A DNA stretch of 64,000 nt from Marsupella aquatica (lineage: Eukaryota > Plantae > Marchantiophyta). Of this stretch, positions 52,944 to 64,000 are shown one piece after another. The notes beneath the pieces were generated by a model. It had not been told where the DNA came from, searched no databases, and worked only from the letters and a program-made list of their open reading frames with translations. Numbering within the stretch: the first letter of the stretch is position 1; each line of letters starts with the position of its first letter. The DNA lies in assembly GCA_973895155.1 (NCBI GenBank), contig OZ316895.1:6220687-6284686 (forward strand), given 5' to 3'. The position numbers and the translations under genes are program-made.

Positions 52944-53239
52944 CTTGGGGGTCTCACTACATGGGGACCTCCCCATCACCTGCGACGTTTTTAGGCCTTG
53001 GACCCCCTAAAATGTAAGAAAAAATATTATTTTTTAACCCCTATAAAGTTGGAATATTCTTGGAATATTCCAAAAATTGGATTAAAAAGGCCCTAATGTT
53101 CTTATAAGTCTCAAAATTGAATTTAAAAGACCCTATTGTTCTTCTACAAAAATTCTTAAGTCTTCCCTTACAACCAATAAAATGACCCTATCCTTCGTCG
53201 CACATGATATGCCATTTTTGTGGAAGTGAAACCCCCGAG
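52944..53239. mobile_element. MITE H, 296 bp, 8-bp TSD
   Basis: TIRs cttgggggtctcact / agtgaaacccccgag; TSD GGCTCATC (52936-43, 53240-47); removal restores SLLMSLRLKEG in A's gag. Confidence 0.88.
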
Positions 53240-55473
53240 GGCTCATCAAGAGAGACTTCTTATACAATCGGTCTGATGCATCCTCTCGATAGTACTTCTC
53301 CCTTAGGACTTTGAACAGAGATGCACAATCCACGCAGTCATCCAACTTCTTGATGATATGCGACTTCAGATAAAGCATCACCGCATTCACTGCAATTACT
53401 TGTTCCTGCCTCCACCTCTTTAGTGGAATCTCCTCCTCATCATCGTACATCTCTCGTGTAGAGAGAAGATGATCTAGGTCCATAGCACGAAGAACTCATT
53501 TCACTTGCTTCTCCCAGAGCAAGTAGTCCGTACGTCCATCATACTTTTCCACCTCAAACTTGACACCTCCAAACTTGGATGCCATCTATTTTTCCTTCAC
53601 AACTCCTCTACTCACTGCACCGGTGATCGTACCGATATCACATGCGCTTCCTCCTGCTCTTCTCTCTCCACCTCAACCCGTCGTGGTAATCTTTGTGCTT
53701 CAAGCTCCACATCTTCAAAAATCTCCTTCGAATCACTCATGTAATAAATGCAAGAAAAAATGACCTTTTAGTCAACTTCTTCAAAAAAACTCAAAACTTA
53801 TCACCGCCACGTAGCCCACAAGCCTAGCTCTCCAATGCTGAAAACCAGAATCAAAACCAAACTTCGACGTAAAACTTATTCACTTTGGTCGAGCTGGGTA
53901 AAACTTGGAATTCTCCCCCGTTTTGACCACCTTGGGGAATAACCAAAATGTGAACTAGTACCCGATGTTGGAAATGCAATTTGATTGGTGCACCACATGG
54001 CCAACTCTAATAGCTACCTCCTTGCCAAAGATGAACAAAAAAAGTTACCAATCGGCAGATGGAATCTTTGACGGACGGCCAAAAACATGCTCTCTATTTT
54101 TTGGGAATATTCTTGCACAGAGCAGCAGGGCTCATAGGGGGTCGTTCCCCCTGTCCAAGTGGTTAAAGTGGAGGGTGGTAGGTCCCGGGATCCGGCAGCC
54201 AATGGAGAGGGAGGAAAAGAAATCCCAAAAGAAATAAAAACAAATAAGGCCTAAAGGGGGTTTAAAGCCCCTTTATAAAAATGGGCATTTAACCGGGGTG
54301 GGATACCGGGCGGCTACATATGCAGCCGCATACAGGCAGGAGGCACCGACCGAGAAAGCACGGTCGCAAAGAGGATCGCCGGGCGGGGAGCAAAAGCTTG
54401 AGGGGGAGGGGTCGCCCGGGCCACAACCCGTGGGCAGCAAAGGGTGTGCGAGGGGGGAAAAAACCGGCTGCGGCGCGCATAGGCAGCAAGGAGGGTGGGG
54501 TGGCGGATGGCGAACGGATTGATGAGGCTGGGGGTGAGGAAACGTGTGTAGTAGACACACACAAAAGTGTGTGTATAAACACACAAAAGTGTGGGGACCC
54601 CTAAAAAATACAAAGGAAAAAATTGCCAAAGAACCCAAATTTACACTCATCACCGGCAAGGGCCCTAAAGACTCTCCCCTCGAAGGTGTGATGGAGGTAG
54701 AGAGAGAGAGAGAGCCATAAATGGAGTATTTTTTGAACAAAAAATTGCTCCGTAAGAAATCCAAAAATGCTTGTGGAAATCAAATGAGAAGAGCTTGCAC
54801 CTTGTAACGTTCGGAGTACGGTAAGGAATCAGAAGCCGATGTCGGTGAGTTGGAATAATTTGCGCACCCGCACCGTTTGCTGGTCAATCAGTGGAAAAAG
54901 TTCAGAACTCCTTCCTCCCGTGGGCAACAATGTCAATCTTGGACTCAAAAGGATCACCTCTTCGTGATCTATCCGTTCAGCCCAAGCACTTCACGTCTCT
55001 CCCTCCGATTCGAGCGCAACGACGAGAAACCCCACTCAGGCAAAAGAAGACTCCATAGCCGATCAAAAAATCAGAACGCTTATTTTGCTCGTCCCGTTGC
55101 ACACGGTACTCACTTGGTAACAAATCAGCTACCCCTCCCCCTCACGCAGAGTTAAAGTATGCAACATCTCCTTTGCCGTAGAGCTCACACCGTCGAGAAA
55201 ACAAACTCTGGTCCCTCCTCCAAAAAATCGTCGAACACGAATGTTGCCAACTTTCTTCACAAAATCCAGAACGACGAAAACTTAGATCTCTCCGCACCAC
55301 GAACTCCGTTCAGCGATTTCTTTGCACCATTAGAAAGTCCTTGCCCTGATCTATCCGTTGAGCCCATAAACTCCAATTTCCATGCGACGAAACTCCGGGA
55401 AATCCACCGTTAATTAACGCTGGAAAAACCGTCACGAACACACGTCACCTCCCAGGCATGCTCTGATACCAAT

Positions 55474-55815
55474 TGTTGAGTGTAGATGACAATCGCAACG
55501 GTAAGCACATGACACATCCAACGCGCAAGTAGTCGACACAAGAGATACGTGATTCACCTCCTCGAGGCTACGTCCACGGGACCACACAAGAGAGCTTTAT
55601 TGAACTCTAAGCCCATCGGCTATACCAAGTCTCTACAGTGTAAGTTCTCCTCATCTCTCATGTGACTCCATAACAATGAGCCTAAGTTTCATTATCCAAA
55701 CACACACCGCTTGACATATAGTGTGCATCCTAGTTAACCTAACCACGTCTCTGACTATGATTAGCCTAACTACGGTTACATGTCGTAACCCTAGACCTTG
55801 AGTAAATACCTAACA
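55474..55815 (-). repeat. 5' LTR of Copia A
   Basis: TG...CA, next to the iMet PBS, followed by TSD GGGTG. Confidence 0.95.
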
Positions 55816-58800
55816 GGGTGGGGGGGGGGGGCTTGTTCTCTACTTATTGACAAGCTTGGCCGCATATGTCTTTTGACGCATGGATTCATTACTTCACATT
55901 TGATAGCAACTTTATGGCTTCATTCCACTGCTTCTTAAATGGCCCTATAATTGCTCCTCGCTCCTACTTGTGGCTTGAACTTACCAAATCTTCTGATACA
56001 CCCTAAACTTGTTGCCACCTTATCCTTATGGACAGATCCGACTGCTTACCAAAAATATACCTTGGGTGATTGAACTAAGGCATGGATTCATGAGGTTGCC
56101 ACCTCTTCTTAGGCGAGTCAACGGGCATGCAGTCCCCCCAGTGGCTCTTGTCCCTTAGCTTTGATCATGAGCTATGGCCTTTCTCATTGTCAATTTGGAG
56201 CGGTCATTGGGGCATCTCAAAGCTTGGAAATTATGGATGATGACATTCAATCATAAAGAATAGGTCATAACTTTCTCACTAGACTTTGTAAAAGTTTTTT
56301 TTGGTGTTTTCTTTCACCAGCCTCTAGAGTGACTAATGGTTATGGCATAAGACCAATACATATGGCAAAAAGCTATGGACTATGAATTCTATATCCCATA
56401 ACTTTGTGTGTCCATAACTAGTGAATTAAGGTACGTCAAATTGCGCCAGCTTTGAGATGCCCTAATATTGATACAATTTGCAAGCAGAACCAAGCTTGGT
56501 AAGTACGTGTCTCACAATTATCTGAATTACTTCGATACAGTAGTTCGCTTTGTGAAGTGGGGACGCTCGTTGAACACTTGAATTCAACCGACTAAACAAT
56601 TCATTAATTCGATTGACCATGATCACTGACTTCATGTGACGAGAGGGAAAATGAAGTCCCACTGATGGCAGACGTGGCCATTTGAGTCCACCTCCAGCTT
56701 GGTTACAGTTCATAAAACAATGCAAGATCTTCGACCAGTACGAAGTCCAAACGTGTTCGCAAACGGGACGATTGTTAGTGTTTCGTACAGTAGTGGCTCC
56801 CCAGCTTCTTGCTAGGACTTTCGATTGGGCCCTGTGAAGGAAGAAAGTGGGGGTGGGATCGATGGTCTCACTGCACCGCCTTAATTCTTCGTGTTGCTGG
56901 GCTCGAATTAGAGAAACCAACAACCCTTAGCTTGAATCAGAATGATGGAGAGAAAATGCACTTCAGCTATCGCTAATAACACCAATAATTTTGCGCTGTG
57001 GGGTGAGGAAAATCTACAGTCCCCGCTTTTGTAGTTCGAGGGCATGAGAATGATGAGGGGAGACCACTGTTCTATCATAAGTAGTACAGTAGTGGGTTCG
57101 GCACTTGGGCCCGGGCTTCGAAATTGCTCTCCTTGCACTAATTAAGGCACTGCCGGTCGTGCATGCCTTTTAGTGGGCCTTTTAGCTGTCAGTGAGGACA
57201 GTCTGAGGGGATATTGAGGTCAATCCCGACCGAAGTCAAGTCATCTCCAATTCTCCGTCATGATTTCTGTGATTCGAATCTGCTGTAAAAGGCTCCTATC
57301 TCATTTGATCCAAATACAACTGACAATGCTTTGCACAACAGCGAGGAGCTACTGTGCAATATTACGTCTAGTTCAAGGTCAGACCTCTTTGAAAGAATCT
57401 CCACTATTTTATGTTCAAATTTATGACTACCAATACTGTACAATCATCCAGCACTCCAGCATAGCATACAAAGTGTTGGGACTTGACGCTTGTCCGGAGA
57501 CTCTAACTGCTAATGGTTAGGTATACAATGTTGGCTGCATACTCAAAAGTTACTATCCAAGAAGGAACACTGGACACCTAAAAACAGTGATGATAGTCGA
57601 TTACACATCACATGACCGGATTGGATTCCAAGTCCTACATGCAAGCAACCTGTATTAATTGCTTAGTTTATAAAGTCGGCAAACTAACATTGCTAACCAG
57701 CCCGGTGAACTATGAAGTAGGTGCATCCTAGTAAGCCGCTAGAAGTGAAAGGCAACTGGAAGTACAATCTACTAAACAAATAAGATACACTACTCGGTTG
57801 AGAGACTGAATGCGTAGAGCTCATGTGTTAAGAGTTTGTGCCTTGCTAGAAGTTAAGCAGTCAACATGATATTGAAGAAGCTGCACAAGATCCGGGGAAA
57901 AATCTCCTGAAGTCCTAAGAGGTCTGTTCAATCCCCTCTTCTATGTAACAATCTAGCGAATTGAACAGTGGTCGATCTCGAGGTTTTGTGATACAGCAAA
58001 AATTGTAGGTCCTCACGTCCTGACTTCGTGCTTCTGTTCATGTGTGACTCTCCGAACGCGAGAATGTCACAATTAGGCACCAACAATTTCAAAATTGGCC
58101 GACCGCTCGTTGCCGACCATGACTCGTCCCAATTCAATTTATCCTGGTGAGGTGTTCGCGCTGTTCAATTGGCTGGAATGTTGGGCATAAGCTTAGAACA
58201 ATGAACTCCTTCCTTTACCACGGTCGTAGCAAAAGCATACTCTGCTATGTTAACTCAGGACATGCATGACGAATTCGTGCACTTCAAGCAGAAAGGGCGA
58301 ATCGATCATTTTCATCCAACTTAAACAAAGCGAGTCCAGTTTGTCCTGCAGCGACGCGCACAACATCTACTGCGTATGATTGAAGCAGAGTATGCATTCC
58401 TGCTCCAAGATAAACCTTGCCGATAGTGTGATCTATTTCACTTGGCACAATCTGATGGCACATCAATTCACACGCGACTGATTTCTGACTAGTGTTACTT
58501 TACTTTCCAACCACGAAGCGGTACCCGTACTGCCCATTATCGTTCGCTCTGGCACATCTCGACAATGAACAGTCAAAATGAGGGTAAGGAGGGATGGGGC
58601 GGGAAAAAGTGGAAAAAAATTTAGAATAGTTTACAAAATCGTTGCCATCACTTACTATCTCACGGATCTTTTCAACAATTTCTGATCGTCTCTCACTGGA
58701 CCAACGGACTTCACCGCGCTTTCGTGCCACCCTGAGCGAGTCATGACCGTGATGCGTTTCTTGAATTTGTCAACTTGGGTCCCATATGAAGCCTTTAGCT

Positions 58801-59469
58801 GTCGTCTTTACAATCACGATAACATAATAATTCCTGATGAAGGTTTCGTTTGGTCTAACCACTGCAATTAAACTAGGCCGGCGCTCCATACCAACCCAGC
58901 ACCAACGTGTGCAACGTGTTGAGCTTTGGCTTTAAAAGGCACAATGACATTGACCCCAAATGCCAGCAATTTCTTGTAATGGCTTGTGAGCTACGAAAAC
59001 ATGTCCACGAAAGAGCCTTGACCTCTTGAGCTGCAGATATCTTGACCACAAAGCCCAAGGAGCATTTGTAATCCTACCCGCACACAATTGCACGATCCAC
59101 CATCAGATAGCGCAGACCAAGTTTCGACTGTGATTGTCTCCTTGTAAAGATGCTCAGCCTTCCATCAGGACTTCCAGAGGACAACAGACCAACTATTCCT
59201 TACTATCGATATAGCCATGGACTGGCAGTTTGCTGCAAGAAAGATGCACGTTCCGTATTATTATGTACAAAGGCTAAACTAAACTCTGACTCGATGTTGA
59301 TGTAACTTCCCAGTCTTGACTGATGAGGATCAGCCCGTTCAAGGCTTGCGACCCGTTACTTAACCTCCACATGTAGAACCGACCCCTAACTGACGTTCCG
59401 GAACTGTCCAAGAAGCCTGTGGGGCAAGTGGCTGTATGCCTGAACTGTAATCGATACTAGAAATCGTTG

Positions 59470-62400
59470 TCATGTTGGTAAAATAGTTTCCCAGTCAGGT
59501 TCTAATTTCTTTTCTGTACTCTCCGACATTTGGCAGGGTAGTGGATTAGTTGGCATAACTTTCAAAGATCGCAGGAGGGTGTCTTTGTCTATTCCTGGTT
59601 TTACTAGGCATAGAACTTGATCTATAGTGACCAACTGTGCAGATCCTTGGACTGGCTGAAACTTCAGCAACTGTGCATACTCCCGTAGTAGGTGAAACAT
59701 GTAACCATACACATTCTCCATACTCAAATCATTTCGCATAAAGTCTTGTCCAGCCTTTCCAATCTTAATAGCCTGTCAGTGCCACGACGGATTACATATC
59801 AAGATAGATATTCAGAACAAACTCTGGTGTAAAGTGAGAATATGTCTACGTTGAAAGATCGAAATGGTACAATCTTTCATTACCGTCTACCGTCAAACAC
59901 AAAGAAACAAAACTTAATTTTTAATCTCTTTAATGGCTCAATAAGTTGGTTTTTTGAAGATTAAGAGCAGTCCTACTCATCTCTCTGTATTAACTCTTTG
60001 TAAAACCAGACGACACATAATTGCTACTCGTTACTAGTACTTCGTTGCATAATTTAGAGGAAAATTCCCAGGGAGAGGGTTTTACCTGTGTCTCATTTGC
60101 GACGGCCCACTCGACTTCTCTGTCCAAGGCTTCACACAGCTGTGGAGCAACCAGCTCTGAGGGCCTTATAGGTATATAATGCACCCATTGCCGAAGTCCA
60201 CGTGAATAGAAATCATACTGGAAGGGTGAGATCGCTAGGGTCGGAGACCCACAAGCAAAGATGTACTTCAAGCTGACGGACCACCCATTTCCTTCAGTGT
60301 AAATCATGTACCTGCAGTGATCAAAGATGCAAACCTGAGCAATTGTCTTGCAGCATAGCCCATTTTCTTTTTCCTCATCAAAAATCCTCTTGAGTGATCT
60401 TACAGCCTCCAATTTCCAATACAACAGACGGAAAGCAAAACAAGGCTTCTTTGTGAAGATTACTTGTGAGTGCATTGGTCCTCCAATCTGGAATGCTCTT
60501 TTCCGTGGGAGATTTCCTCGTCCCAATTCTGTTAGAACAATCCAGAAGCAAGCCACGTGCATCAGTTCCGTTTAGATAAGCTGGAATCCTTTCAAAACAT
60601 GCCCTTCATCCAGATCATGTACGTTGACCCCACTGTCCTTGTCTGAACCAGAAAGCAGGTCCCAAACCTCCCTGCAGACCTAAACTGAACCTAAACGGAA
60701 GGAAAACAAGTACTTGGGCTTGAACCCCTATTTTTGTAAACACATCCGTGACCGCAAGTACAAAGAAAGAGCTGCATATCTCGGTCACAGCACCATGAAA
60801 ACAAACTCCATCGGCCCGAAGGTCGTTCCCTGACATCTGATCGGAACATTTCACTAGCAACATATTTTAGAAGCAGTGCAGTGAAACCGCTACAGAAGTT
60901 AGAGATTTAGTTTTAAACTCGAAGCATTACCTGGGACCGAATTTCTGTAAACTTTGCATGATGGCAATGCTGAAGTTCCCTCCGATGAGGAGCACCAACG
61001 TAAGGGTTTCCCGTCCAGTACGCTGTTGGGGCCTTTGCCTCCCAGTCCATTTTTTCAGAACCTTTGACAATTGTTTCACGTTTTTCATCCCACGATGATA
61101 TCATCAACTCAGACCTAGACATTTCAGCACAAGGAAACTTCAGATCCAGCCTCGCATGCCTGCCAGTCTAGATGCAACAGGATAACGCTTTAAGTCGTGG
61201 ACATCCAAGAGGTCTGTGGGTGGTCCCTTATCTTCACTAAAGTACTGTAAGGATGCTGCATTCTGTTTATGACCGCCGTTTTTTATGCTGGCAAGAATCG
61301 GGAGATTGCAGCTAATGCAAGTATTGTAAGAACTTATCTGGGATGTGAGAGAAGTTATCTATGCCCGGAAGCTATGTGAGCTAGGTTCTAAACTAAAGAT
61401 GCTGAAAATCCTAAGACATGAGTACGGAAATGAATAAATTCATTGAGACCATCCTTCTAAATAAAGAAAATTGGAAGCCCAAATACGCCACGCATCATGA
61501 TTGCAACGGGGATCATGAGCGCTTTGTTGTGGACACCTCCAAAGCGAGCTTTGCGGGACCGCCCACAAAAAACCAGATGAACGATTCTTTCTAAGCATCA
61601 TTTAAATTGGCAATAGACGGATTTGCAATAAAGGCTCACACAAAGGTCGACACTTAAAAAAAAACAATATGGTAGGACTACCTATGCCAGGTACGATATT
61701 CCGCATGTGATCGAATAACTGAAATCTATGGACACCGCGCCGTGTAAATTAGCTCTAAACAATGTCAACTCCGCTCAGTGTTTGGTCAGTCTGTGTAGCA
61801 TGTTAAGATTGTTTAATTTAGTGAAATGTGTCATAGTCGTCGAAAACATCATCACATAAAATGTGTGGACTAGACAACTTCTCCTCTAGAGAAAGCTAGG
61901 AACCTCGAAACGCAGGAGTTGATCCAAGCTTCGGTTGATCGAAGGCACAATTGAATCTGCAAATGCCTGTCGGCCACTACAGAGGGGTTTATCGATGTAA
62001 AAGACTGGGGGCTCTACGTTATTGCAACCCTGCACACCAACAGCGGCAATCAACCTAATGGAAATAGGACTGAGTCTGAAAGAATCGAAAAGAGTGGGTT
62101 GAGTATACGCACCAACCCCAGAATGTCCAGTCCGGAAAAGGGATATCATAATGTCCATGGTTGGAGTCATACGCAAACAGAACAGCTGCGCTTCCACTCT
62201 TTGGCACTCGAGGTACGTCGTCACAATTGAACACAAACTCCAGATCCGGTACTTGTCCTTTAAATTTCTCCAGAAATAACAATAGCCCCCACACATCGAA
62301 AACTGCCCGATTCATAAAACATGACAAGTACCTTTCAACGTACAGCTTGCCGTCTAAAATGACAATCCTGAAAAAAGAGGATGGCTTGGCCAACTCGATC

Positions 62401-63785
62401 ATTTCATGCGTTATTCCCGTCTCTTTCCATGGCTCAAGGTCCTTGTGAATATACTGAAAGTACGAGGGGCACTCTTTTGCCGGGAGGACAGGATCGCCTG
62501 ATGCCAATGGTGAGGAAGATGGGTTCGATTTCATACATTTCAATATCTCCGTAGCCTTTTCAATCGTGAAATCGGGTCCAAAAGGATTGTAAATTAGGTC
62601 CGCCGGAATGTAGTTTGAATACAGGCGGGTGCCAAATATCTGCAGACCGCCAAATAACTGCACAACGACAGCGCCACAAAAATTGCTGTCACATTCTTGC
62701 TCATCGTGGCCAACATCAACAAATCAATCCTGTCCGACTTAAATTTCAGAAGTTCATAGTCTAAAATGCAACAGGACACCACTTACATGTAGACCGCTCT
62801 GATCTGCCGGCAGTAATTGAGATAAAGGACTGTGTTGCTGAGAAATGCAGCAGAGTACATGAAAACCGTTCACCCCAAATAGACAGAAAAAAGAGTATGG
62901 AACATCGAATCGTGCGATCACATTATTGATGCAATATCGGCATACATAGACTAGACGCCTCTCCGACAAATCTCACTTTTCAGCGAAACTTTGACCTTAC
63001 CAAGACCTTATTTGGAGCCCCACCCGAGTTTCCATAAAGAGTACTATGGTTACTTCTCAAATGTCCGCCCCCCACCCCTAGACAAAACAATTACACCAAC
63101 AACCCAAGCCTCCAACCATCCACTCACCCGCACACATCACTCCCCCAATGCGTACGAGAGCCATCCCGCGCGTGGACTCAATTAGAAATTCGATCAGTGT
63201 AGCCCCAACGATGGCACATTGCTGATGATTCTCAACAGGATACGTTGAGACTTGAGAGCACTGTCCACTGAGACAACAGTTCGTGTGCACAGGCCTACGA
63301 TTTTAGGCGGGGAGAAGGACTAGAGAAAGTCTACCCGTCCGGACGAACACTATGGCCACATTTCATAGACATCAAATTTAATTCCTTCCTATTAGCTTTC
63401 TGATCGCAAGGTAGCAAACTAGCAACAGTCATTCTCCGTGTGAAAACGAGTCTGGCACCTAAATTGTGGCTCCAGTAGCCTACCCGAAATGAGAAGATCT
63501 CTAACGGACAGAGACCAGCAAGTTAGGAGTCATCTCTGACTTCGAGACGAAGTAAAACAACCTCCCTGTTCTCCCAGAATCTAACAGAGCTGCTGGATTT
63601 GTAAGTCTCACCTGGAATTCGGACATCCTCGGAACTAACTGGGCGTACAACCAAGGTGAAGCTCCAAGGACGGCCATCACTGAGAACATGAGCACGAAAA
63701 AGGGCCATCTCCGAGTGCCTTGGACTGCTGCTCCTTGGCCCTGATGAGAGGGTAGGACCTGAGGATCCCCTGTCCCTTTCGTCAT
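59470..63785 (-). CDS. Glycosyltransferase family 90 (CAP10 domain; O-glucosyltransferase Rumi-like) protein, paralog 2, 6 exons
   Basis: Exons (minus strand): 63785-63612 (TM anchor FFVLMFSVMAVLGA), 62639-62113 (CPSYFQYI, PDLEFVFNCDDVP, PFPDWTFWGW), 61114-60931 (AYWTGNP), 60528-60464, 60311-60086 (YMIYTEGNGWSVSLKYIFACGS), 59772-59470. Intron positions match paralog 1 (65- and 226-bp exons in both). Confidence 0.92.
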
Positions 63786-64000
63786 TGAATCTCCCAACGA
63801 CTTCTGCAAATTTCTGTCACACTACATCCTCTTCTCTTCTCACTCACCTTGCCTCTATTCCTTCCTATCCTTCACTTGTCGGACCCGTTGATATGCACTT
63901 CAACTTGAGAGCTCCGTTAACTTCTTATCACACATGTCTCTCTAGCTTTGTGCTCTCAACTGCCCATCGATTCCACTCCACTCCAGTCCTCCCCCTTTCT

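Larger units (their letters stand above)
49533..53585 (-). pseudogene. Copia A gag-PR-INT-RT (5' part), disrupted by two MITEs and an inversion
   Basis: FGGVKFEVEKYDG; WILDCAC; LWHSRLGHMSE; IHSDVWGP; KWIYKLK; YKARLVAKGF; the integrase segment ~51116-51429 lies on +. Confidence 0.9.
23554..55815 (-). mobile_element. Element A: full-length decayed Ty1/Copia LTR retrotransposon (Tork/Tnt1-like), host of the whole nest
   Basis: LTRs 23554-23908 and 55474-55815 (TG...CA); TSD GGGTG (23549-53, 55816-20); tRNA-iMet PBS TGGTATCAGAGC (55460-71); PPT at 23909-23920; gag-PR-INT-RT-RH order on minus. Confidence 0.95.

Noticed and set aside
55821-59460. Short ORFs or a hidden gene/miRNA between the nest and GT90 paralog 2
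   Set aside because: No recognisable protein motif, conserved miRNA sequence or clear hairpin seen by eye; a lncRNA cannot be excluded.

Overview
Eukaryotic, intron-rich plant genomic DNA; a non-seed plant such as a liverwort is plausible but is inference. It holds three host genes: a 13-exon EDR1-type (group B3) Raf-like MAPKKK on + (4306-12021) and two 6-exon glycosyltransferase family 90 (CAP10/Rumi-like) paralogs on - (15586-18779, 59470-63785). Between the paralogs lies a 32.3-kb transposon nest (23554-55815) that resolves base by base from termini and target-site duplications (TSDs). Copia A contains a 1.46-kb AGT...ACT-ended element B. B contains Copia C and Gypsy D. C contains a 4.7-kb TG...CA element E that has no LTR pair but carries a ~1150-codon decayed ORF. 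E contains a 2.9-kb solo LTR F. A also holds two MITEs with 8-bp TSDs and a local inversion. The most unusual items are element E, the AG...CT ends of B, and Gypsy D with its 4-bp SCGG TSD and a -1 frameshift signal between protease and RT. All coordinates, alignments and counts were done by eye; no database search was run.
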